Origin: Tubulanus polymorphus
Taxonomy: Eukaryota; Animalia; Nemertea
DNA: 64,000 nt
Assembly: GCF_964204645.1 (NCBI RefSeq)
Contig: NC_134031.1
Span: 20,529,910-20,593,909 of the forward strand
Reading direction: 5' to 3'
Shown: piece after piece, positions 11,542 to 21,931 of the stretch
Position numbering within the stretch: the stretch's first letter is position 1
How the letters are laid out: each line of letters opens with the position of its first letter
The notes under the pieces: generated by a model
Database searches by the model: none
What the model saw: only the letters and a program-made list of their open reading frames with translations
Told to the model about the DNA's origin: nothing
Translations under genes and position numbers: made by a program

Positions 11542-14378
11542 TCTGAAATATAAGATATCGCAAATTATCTTTGTTCCGATCTGAATACAATCAAATTTTG
11601 TTGACAGAATGTAATAACCGGTAGTGTACCTGAATGTAGTGGTAGGTGATGTCTGTGTAAAGAACAGTGAATTCTAGTAAGATAGATCCTATATTTATTG
11701 TTTTTGCAAAGAAGAGGCAACATGACACCAACCCATTAGCGGATATTAGAATCGAGAGCGTTTTGAATCGGCTTAAGAGATATTTTGGATATTTGTAATA
11801 TTCATGAACCGTTCATTTCAGCAATTATTTTTTTTAAATTTTCCATGCTTTGAAGGTCACGTTCGTGCTGTTGACTGTGCACAATGCGTTTTAAAGGTGA
11901 AACTTTGTATCACTCAGAAAAATTGTAAAAATTCTTCGAGGAAAAACACAAAACTGATATAGAAATCTAATTGATTGCAACTATACCTGTTATGTCGTTT
12001 AGGGTATCACACTTCTATTATAGGTGTCCCTAGGGAGGTTCGGTAGTTCAAACGAACCCCCTTTTTGAATTTTCAAACGTCGGCACATGGTCTGCATTTG
12101 CTAATTTAACAAAATAAAATCGATACATGCAAAGTAAACTGGAACCAGTCTACCTATCGGCCTCAGATTGCACCAGAACGCGCCTGCATGCACGAAATTT
12201 TCAAAAATTTTCCGGGGAGGACCCCCAGACGACCCCCTGTTTCTAAAATCGAACTCCCTCCAAAAAACTGGGGACCCCCATGTCTATTGTTGGGTCACTA
12301 GAGGGATGGTTTAGCCGGATGGGTGATGGACACGTCGCCACTCTGGAGTAATAAGGCCGACATTTTGTAACATCGCTCGAATCCAGGTAAAATCAGTCCG
12401 GGAATCTTTCTCGGTGGGTTAGGCTACAGATGAGGTCACGTGTCTGTGCGTATCGAACGTTGACTGTGTCTGACTACATCCATATCTCAAAACGAGAAAA
12501 ACCCAAAAACCAAACTTTGCCGGGCAAAGGTTAACATTTTTGTGCGGCGAAATTTGTCTAAGCGCATTCAAATTTGTTTTGTGCGTTCTCGTGGAGTATG
12601 ATAATACATGGATGCGGCCCGAATCAGCCATCATAGATTTTCATGTACGCGCATTCTTTGCCCATAGAAATTTCCTTCTTTGATGTCTATTTGTGAAACC
12701 GCATAATTAATAACACTGGCATGTAATATCTGTATCGTATGAATGTTTCAATTCTGGAACGCATGCGCAGTACGACCAGCCCACCGTGCGATACGCAATA
12801 CGCCAACAACCAATACCTTCTAGATAGGATCACACTTCGGTGCATTGTGTTTTTTTCCTTGTGGTTAAAGTAAGAAAGTTTTACACATTAGAAGGTCACA
12901 CCACTTGCGTTGATGTTTGGTTTGCGAGGAAACAACCTATGGTGGATTATTTATGAAACGAAAGTTCCTTTAAGCACATAGTTGAAACAACGTGATTTCA
13001 GCACCTATTCCAAAGAACTTTTTGTTCCTACAAATAACTTTTTAGGTCCTTCAAAAATCTACTTTTTATTTGTTTCAAGTCCGTAAACAGTAAATTTAAG
13101 CACCTCATGAAATTTATATTTTTTGTTCCGAAAAAGGCAATTCCTACATTTGTTTTTTGCCAAGGGGCAACATGACACCAACCCATTAAGACTATTTTGC
13201 ATATTTGCAAATGAAGCAGTAAGTCTAAACATTTTCGCATCTAAATGTCACATTAGTTCTGTGAACTGCATAGAGATTCGTGCTGAAAGGTCAAACTCAA
13301 ACTGAATTGCATCATCCAAAGAAGTTGAATCAAAAAGACAAGACAAACCTGCGTTTGCGTAGAAACGACTTTAATGACGCTTAACTCGTGAAAAAAAATT
13401 TAAGTTCGTAATATCAGCACCCGGTTGAAACAACCTTTTAGTTTAGAAATCAACTTTGATAGATAGGCGGCCGGCCGGGTCAGCTTTCAAGCTCTGCAGA
13501 AGCGAGAAGCAAGGAATCAATTTTTTAGCCTCAAGGTGTTTAACTTGTGAAAAATCTTCAAGCTTGTAATTTCGGCACCCGATGAAAACAAAAACCTTTT
13601 AGTTCAGAAACAACTTTAAAGGTCCCGAAAGAAACTTTTCTTCAGACCATGAAAGTTGATTTCAGCACGTGCTGAAAACTCTTTTGTTTCGAAAAAATAT
13701 TTTAACTTGACAAAATTCGATCCTAGTGAAATATTCGCGAGTTGTCTGCCTATGCAATCACGTAACATTCCAAGTGATTGATTTATGTAAAAAATGTTAC
13801 TTAATTAATCTTATTAGGACAAATTTTTTCCAGACAAAAATGTTATTTTCTAGTGGGTGGTTTGCGACTATTTTTTTTACGGAGTGTCGAAAACAATTAT
13901 TTTTTTTCATCAATTTGTGGTTTAATGACCCGAAATACTTATGCAAATCTACAGTCGAAACAGAAATAATGAAATGCACAATTCAAAATGTCAAGGTAAC
14001 GAAAAGTATCAAATCTGAACAATTTTACGCAAATGCAAATTAGTGAAACGCGTTGATCCGAACGAAATCCGATTATGAGTTACAAATAAAAGGCCCGACA
14101 AATCGAGTGTTTTTTGTTGAATTGTCTGCACAGTCAAGTCTATAACAACATTCAGGTACAGTTAATATTCTTATCTGGTCGCTGATATTCAAATTGAAAC
14201 ATTTCCGTATCTTCGCAATTTTTTATTTTTAGTGCCGTTATTTTCAGGTCTTATACGCATGAAATCAAAAATACTGCATCTTTATGTATTTATCGTGAAA
14301 TGTGTTGTATGATATTTTACGTTGACGAATATTCGATATTTGCGATATATCGAATTTTCGTCGTTTTTATTTTCCAGA

Positions 14379-15479
14379 ATGTTTACCAAAACTCTTTTCG
14401 TCGCCCTCGCCATTTTCATGGTAGTTGGAGCCGTCGCTGCCGAAGGTAATTATGATTTTTTTGCGATTGCACCGAATTTGATTGTTATTGTCTTGATTAT
14501 CCCAGTTTAATCACCAAATTTATATAATATGCCTTGAAAGATTCCGTGCTTTTCGCTTTACTGCAGTGATTTCTGATTATTCTATTCGTCAACGTTAGAT
14601 TTATCGTGCATTTATGTTAGTCTCTATGCGATGAATGGTGCAATTTTTGTTTGAGAACCTTGGATCAAATATCTGTTTCGATCATCCAGGGGCGAATAGA
14701 AGTCGGAACTAACAACCGAACCCAATATTCTTTGTTCCTAACGTCTTTCACGGTGCTGGTCATATTTAAGATAGGTTCGAACTACAGCGACCGTACTTAA
14801 TTCCGTGGTCGACCATTTCTGGACCATAGATCCAACTAACTGACATTCGGTTTCACTTTATAACTCCGATAACCGAAGTTCGCCCAAAATAGCAGGGAAA
14901 AGTAGTACGATAACCACACTCAAAACGTGGTGAACAGATGATTTGATAAAAACCCACTATTTACAAATTAAAAGAAATCTAAAATCGAGAATTTATTTAT
15001 TGAAACAATTTAAAATATAAGAACACGACGTTTCGATCTCACCCTAGAGATCATCGTCACCTGACACCTGACGATGATCTCTAGGGTGAGATCGAAACGT
15101 CGTGTTCTTATATTTTAGATTGTTTCAATAAATAAATTCTCGATTTTAGATTTCTTTTAATTTGTAAATAGTGGGTTTTTATCTAATTAGGAGGGAATAG
15201 AATGGTTCTCATTCTCATTCCGGTTTTGCAACATTTTTCACGATAATCGCTAGCTGATTGTAAAATTGGAAAATATTCAAAAATGATATCTACGAATATT
15301 GACCGTGTTAACTTCAGTCAGTATTGTCCTTTTCAGAATCAAAATTCAGGAAGAGAGGAGTTAGTTGCAATTGCCTGAACTCGGCCGGCCGTATATCACA
15401 TCATGGAACCTATTGGGTATCCGGTGGACCAACCAGTGACTGTTGCCATCACACCTGGTTAGGAAAATGTTGCTACTAA
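14379..15479 (+). CDS. Secreted six-Cys toxin/defensin-like peptide precursor, copy B
   Basis: Exons 14379-14445 and 15337-15479 (phase-1 intron). Product: MFTKTLFVALAIFMVVGAVAAE-ESKFRKR-GVSCNCLNSAGRISHHGTYWVSGGPTSDCCHHTWLGKCCY*. 5'UTR exon donor at 14155. Confidence 0.9.
14945..15183. repeat. Near-perfect inverted repeat (115-bp arms, 9-nt spacer) in intron 2 of peptide gene B
   Basis: 14945-15059 is the reverse complement of 15069-15183, with one mismatch that would be a G-U pair in RNA. Confidence 0.95.
15063..15106 (+). ncRNA. Minimal type-I hammerhead ribozyme motif (Penelope-like element type)
   Basis: GACAC (stem I) - CUGACGA - U - GAUCUC/uagggu/GAGAUC (stem II) - GAAA - CGUC (palindromic ACGU stem III, GUC cleavage triplet) - GUGUU (stem I partner). 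Confidence 0.7.
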
Positions 15480-16758
15480 TCGTCAAACGTACAAAAATGT
15501 CTAGCGTTTATCATCGTGTTTTACATGTTGCCGGAAACGTTTGAATTCATTAAAAAGAAAAAAACACATATGTCTAGTTTGTTTACTTTGTTCATTTCCT
15601 CTGTTGGTATAGCAAACATTCTTAAATTCCAAACTTACGTAGCTAAAATTGGATTAGTTGACGGAAACCCGCAGACGAATAGAATCAGTTCTTGTTAACA
15701 TTTATGATCCTGAATAATCGACAAAAAAGTTAAAAAGGCGTGGACTATTGAGAAATTGATGCTAAAAACAAGCAACTCTACGAAGAATGTGAAAACTGTG
15801 CTAAAAAAACCCTGCGTACATCCAGTGGGTCCCGGAGAGCCGGGGTTAGTACCCAATATCGAGGCGCCAGCTGCGATATCTGTTTCACAATGGCTATCGG
15901 TTTCAATCAATCGACATCTTTAATTCATCATTCCAAAACACCTCGGGCTATCTTAACAAATTGAAAAATAAATTCTCCTGATTATCGGGAGAATGTTTTT
16001 TAATTCGCGGATTCTGCCATTCTGAGGCTATCATAACGAATAAAAAACACATTAACATTCTCCCAATTTATGAATTGAAAAAATAGATACTTTAAGAAAA
16101 ATAGATTTATGAATTAGAAAAAGAAGGGATAATGATTCGAGTTTGAATAGCAATTGATTATTTCTAACAACATACTGATGACGTTTTATGACTCCTTAGG
16201 AATTCCAGTAGTAAATGTTCGAATAAGGTTTAGTACGGTAACAATGTGTGGTTACGTCTTATGAGGCGTCATTAATATCGGTCTGATGATGAATGGCGGT
16301 ATTAATTGTTAAAATCAAAAACTTAGTTTGAGGCTAGTGTAAATCAGTTCATTAGGAATAACCTGTGCTTTAACGCACTAAGCCGCACTCTATGAAGACC
16401 TGGTGGAACTGACTCCTGAAATTTGAAATATTCTGAAATCCGTTGGATTGCAAGAACGATGTGGTCTATAGTTTCAGTCAGACGGCTCCTTGTATATTGG
16501 GACATCAGGTAACAACGCATCGTCGTGTAAAAGATATTTCGAGTTGAAAGTGGTCACCGATTGATCGTGAGGGGACACTATCCCGAGTCAAGACATTTTT
16601 ACTCGTCAGGTTGATGATTCCTCAGAGCCTCGAAATAGTCATTGAAAGCTCTTTCAAAGTTAACTACGTTTAACAACATTGGGCTTCATTGATCTAACTA
16701 CTTTATTATTTCATATTCGAATAATATGCTTATTTGTTGGCTATTTGAAAAAAAAAAT

Positions 16759-17051
16759 CTAGTTCTTGCAGCATTTGCCGATACCCCAGCTGCAACAGTT
16801 GCTGCTTGGTCCGCCGATCAGCCAGTAGGTTCCCTGACCCAAACCGAATCTTCCTGGGCAGAAACATGGAACACCTCTTCTGGCAATATGTACTTCCGTC
16901 TCTGAAAATTTGAGGAATCATCACGTGAATTTTTAACCAACTACATAGTTCAAACGTAGATTGAAAATAAGAAATGAATTTACGCACCTTCAGCGGTGAC
17001 GGCTCCGAGGACCATGAAGACGGCCAAAGCAACGAACAAAGTCTTGTACAT
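16759..17051 (-). CDS. Secreted six-Cys toxin/defensin-like peptide precursor, copy C (near-identical to A)
   Basis: Exons 17051-16988 and 16901-16759. Same precursor as A except the C-terminus is KCCKN instead of KCCRN. 5'UTR exon donor at 17140. Confidence 0.9.
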
Positions 17052-17606
17052 TCTGAAACGAAAACACGATATATATCGTGTATTACTTTTCGTAAATGTT
17101 TGTTTGGCAACGTATACATGTAACAACCAGTTTGCTTACCTGAATGTGGTGATCAGTGATGTCTGCGTAAACAACAGTGACTTTCAGTGAGTGAAATCCT
17201 ACATTTATCCCTCCCCAGAGAGTAGACAATATGTCACCAGCTCATAAGCGGATGATGCAAGTCGGTTTAAGATTACCGGTGCAGGTGTTTTTGCATATTT
17301 ATGATATTCACAAAACAATTCATTTCCGAAATTTTTTTTTCATAGACGTTTGAATGAATTAATCGAATACCGAGGTACTGAAAAAGTCATCCTGGCCCGA
17401 TCGTAGTATCTCAACAGCTGGCATCCACTTTCAATCTAATTTCCTCAGGAGTAAATCAATTGAACATGAAAATCTACTAAACAATGACTAGAAAAGGAAT
17501 TTTTGGTAGCTGAATATTCAATTCTATTTTTAGTTAATTATTGACAACGTAAATCTGCCGACACGTCATCCCGTGGTTGGCCGGTGCGGCACTGGATCCA
17601 GGGCCA

Positions 17607-17718
17607 ACGGATAGGTAGATTGATCAGACGGATAGGTAGATTGATCAGACGGATAGGTAGATTGATCAAACGGATAGGTAGATTGATCAGACGGATAGGT
17701 AGATTGATCAGACGGATA
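17607..17718. repeat. 21-bp minisatellite, ~5.3 copies (acggataggtagattgatcag)
   Basis: Direct tandem copies read from the sequence. They explain the YPSDQST repeats in ORF 17566..17811. Confidence 0.95.
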
Positions 17719-19936
17719 GTATTTGAAACCGAATACTTTCATCTGTGATAAGAATACAATTTGTCCTGGAATAAGAAAGCTCGTCATTTTCAAACCCTTA
17801 TCTTGCCTCAAATGATTATTCAGTTAATTTCCGGGGAGAGTTGTGGTGATTTAAGGTTTCGATTAGCATTTTACTACCGGCAAATCGTTAAAGAATGAAA
17901 CAACTTCAAAATGTAAGAATCTGAAGTAATCTGAAATTCAAAATAACAAATGATCATTTTATGATCCGTATAAGAGGAGAGGAAACAATTATCTATATAG
18001 GATCTTCGCAGGGGTGGATTGAGAGGGGTAACCCCCTTCCCAAAAAGGTGCCTTTTTAAGGCCGTTATTGAAAAATCTGAAACCGAGGCGGAAAAATCGA
18101 CCCATTTCTCGTGGTTGATATTGAATATTAATATTTTCATTTATTTAGCGGGGGGCTAAGGGAAAATTCGAGAGCAATCGACCCCGAAGTTCTTCCGCCC
18201 ACATTTTAGTATTTTGTTTTCGATATGATCGGATTATGCCCCTTTTTACCAAAAAATACAACCTCTGCCCTCTGAAATCCTGGGTCCACCCCTATTTGTT
18301 GGTCAGCGATTAGCATCACCAACTATTAATTGAAATCTCCTATTACACTTCAAAGTGGGTGTTTTACTTTCTAAATAAAATTCAATACATCAGACATTTA
18401 ATAAATCACCCCCTTATTTCAATAAAACTGGTTCCAGGTGTATTTTTCAGGATTTGAATAAATATCGCCAAACGGTTTGCTACCAATACTTAGAAAACAA
18501 TGCAGTCATCAAAGCGGATTTGCATGTGCCATGGCGTACACGAATTCGAAATGAACCTTTATGAGTTTTTTTTGTCGTGTATCATAAATCTAAATGTATA
18601 ACACACAGTTGCGGTACTTAAAACGTGGCAACTCGACAACATGTTTGTTTTTCATCAAGTGACATATTTTTGTAGCTAAGGCCCAAAGCATAATTTCATA
18701 GATCGTTTCAATCCTAAATCCAACACTGATGAGCGCAGTCAATGTGTTCATCTTATCATTTCGATTTGAAAAGATTCATTCTTTAATCGTCTAGTTTATT
18801 TCTCATTCGCGAGTCAAAGATGCAGGGTTCACAGTTCTTTGTTAATATTCTGATAAAATAACTCACTTTGTTAAAAACTCTGATAAAATGTCGAAAATGA
18901 ACCGATTTTAACCCAAGAATGCTTGTAGCAAAGTCCTACGAGGCACTACGTACGTGCGACAAGAAATTTGATTGTCCTTTGCGCGAGATCTGATCATTCC
19001 ATTCATTACTATACTGAATATATCCGTATGGCAAAGAATCTATTGCCGATACCGGATACCTAAAGTTAGATCAATCAAGATAGAAAATAAGGCAGATTCG
19101 TTTCAGGGATAGTAATTACAAACTCTCCACCAGCCTTCATGTTTGTTGATTACACATTCTGATCGAAACGAACGTGCCAGAACAGGGGCTGTGGAGCAGG
19201 GGAGGGGGAGTTAGGAGTCTTTAGTACCCTACCCCACCTCCACCCCCCGATATTTTGTTACCTCAGAAATTCCAATTGTAAAAAATGTTCCATATCCTCT
19301 TCAAATATTCTTTAAATATTCTTGGAGGAGAACCTTCTTAAAAAACTGTGTATGACGCTCTCAGTGTTCATCATCACTGCACGGGACGTTAGACACTGCT
19401 AGTCGAGCAGCAGTCAGTTGCACGGGACTTAAACCACTTAAACACTTCGGTCAGGACTTTGCTTACATTCTAAAGTCATCAAGACGGCGCCTGAAGAGTG
19501 CATTAAAATAGACCGAAGTTTCAAAATTTTCCAGCCAAATCTGAAAACATATTTGGTAAAACAATTTGAATATGCAAATTCACTGCAGAAACACCTGAAA
19601 ATATGTAGAACTCAAAATCGTTTTTTACGTATCATAAATCTCGATATTTTATGTCCAATCCGATATGAATTAATGCGCGTATGCAAATTTACGACAAACA
19701 CATTGTGCAACGAAAGAAATCCGATTATTATTTTGAAATAAAATACCTAAATTCGAGCACTTTTCGCTGAATTGTCTGCACACTCAAGTCTACAACAACA
19801 TTCAGGTACAGTCAATTACTGAACGGTGGCTAATGTATCAAAAGTATTGATATTTTAAATTTCATTTCGTACCAATGAATCCATTGTAACTAATGTTATA
19901 CCTTGCAGATATATTCGATGTGATTCATTTTTCAGA

Positions 19937-20684
19937 ATGTTTACCAAAACTCTTTTCGTCGCCCTCGCCATTTTCATGGTCGTTGGAGCCGTCGCTGCCG
20001 AAGGTAATTTGATCTTTCGATTTGATATGAGTTTCATTCTGACGATTTTTCCCCGTCATACGAAGTCTTCTGTCTCCGTAAGGCGTGACGGTTGCGCGCA
20101 CGTTATTTTGTTTGATCTTCTTATTCTTAGATAACGGTTCTGATTTAACTATTTGGTAACTTCAATTCCTGGACTTGGTTAGAAACGATTCATACCCGTT
20201 TTAAACAGGTCGCTATATATGTGGCAAACATTGACCTACTACGAGTAGAATTCCGTATCTTAATTCATTCAAGTTTTCATTTTAATGAGTTTTGAAATAA
20301 TTTTTTGAGGCATATTTTGTTGTTGTTGATTTGACGTTAGGATAACCACATATTTCTATACCCACGGATGCTCCTGCATAAACCATACACTGTTAAGAAC
20401 GATACGGTATTTGATGCTTGGTACCGATTATCGTAAATTGGGTATTTGGAAAATTGAAATCAAGTAGACTCCAGAATAGACAGTCAAAACTGAAATCGGA
20501 TGTTGATCTTAAGTTGTGACGCGTGTGTCGTATTTTTTCAATTTCAGAAGTCAAAATTGAGAAGAGAGGAATCCCTTGCACCTGCGCCAGCAACGGCAAA
20601 AGAGGAACCTGGTGGTTGATCGGTGGACCAGACACTAACTGCTGTCACGGTAGCGGATTGGCTATTGGAAGATGTTGCTATTAG
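19937..20684 (+). CDS. Secreted six-Cys toxin/defensin-like peptide precursor, copy D
   Basis: Exons 19937-20003 and 20548-20684. Product: MFTKTLFVALAIFMVVGAVAAE-EVKIEKR-GIPCTCASNGKRGTWWLIGGPDTNCCHGSGLAIGRCCY*. 5'UTR exon donor at 19805; AATAAA at ~20734. Confidence 0.9.
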
Positions 20685-21931
20685 TTGAATGACTGAATGT
20701 TTTCTATCCTTTGATTATGTCAGAAAACGTTCAAATAAAATTGTAAAAAGTACAAATCTCTAGTGATAATTAGCTGTTTAGATGCATAGGCCGAGTTTTG
20801 GCCTCGTCGTTCCGGTCTCTTGTCCTCGAGTCTAGTTGGCGCATTATCCTCTTCATTTATGTCGTGCCGCGCTCGTTATTTATTGTATTACGTTTAACTA
20901 TTTCGTTCACTTACAAAATTATAATTTTTTTACCTTGACCTTTGACTAAAGTTATAATTCTGATACGTAGGCTTCAGTATATACACTGATAAAATTGGGA
21001 AATTTGAAGTACATACATAATTTCCGGTTCTAAAAACGTTTTTGTCCGTCGTCGGCTCGGTGACCATTGTGTTAACTTGGTGATGTAGCAGAAGGTGTCC
21101 TTCCAATGATTGACGGACGAGGCCCGATTTTCACACGGGCAGCCGTGACCCAAGCCCGGACTCCAAGGATCTCGGGAATGCTACTGGCCCTTTGGCATCA
21201 GACTCAGAGTTGAAATATAAGCTTATCTGTTTTCTCAAAGAACAATAAAGGGTTTTTTTATCAATGACAGTCACATTTGCAAACCACCTTTAAGTAGTGG
21301 TGGGGGCCGGTGTGCGGCCGCGTTCACAGATTTGTAATATGAAGGAGTGCTCCGAACATTGGAGCCGTTCAATCACAACACCATTTTCCTTTACTGCTGC
21401 AATACATTTTTATTGACCTAGACGGCGCTGTAGTGGCAGAAAATGGCTGCGCCCATATAAACGACTATAAACCGTTGTTAGAAGGAAGTCTCGTTATTTT
21501 CTTTGTAAGTATTTAAGTGTTCATTGTAAATCTGTATCTGCTACGGTTCTATATAGGCCTAGATGCAAGTTTCAAATGGGCTCTACCGAATCCTGAACGA
21601 ATTCTCTTCTGATGCGTACGTTCGGTTAAGTCGGAATAATCATGAAACATGCCAATGGCAATGCAAAAAGAAAATCACTCACAATAATAATAGGCAGTGG
21701 ATATTTTGCCAATGCGGCATTATTCCTGTTAACGCTATTTTGCCAATGGTGCGTTTTGATTGGCTAATTGACGCTGCGCATGCACAGAGGTGAAAATTCA
21801 AGGAAAGTGTGGAGAACAGAGTCGGAGAAAATAGCAACATAGAGCGGGATTCGAACCCTAGACCACCGGGCTCACTCGAAAGAGAATCAAGATATATTTA
21901 TCTTTTAATTTTTTCCAGCATATATACGAAG

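Noticed and set aside
12980-13690. Degenerate repeats around atttcagcac between genes A and B
   Set aside because: They are too diverged to define a unit or function; probably a decayed repeat.
18725-18770. Other CTGATGA hammerhead-like seeds (also ~16175, ~16283, ~63239)
   Set aside because: None has a stem II followed by GAAA and a cleavage triplet.
21843-21878. tRNA gene (B-box GGTTCGAATCC on the minus strand)
   Set aside because: Only a T-arm-like fragment is present; I could not build a cloverleaf. It is at most a tRNA/SINE remnant.
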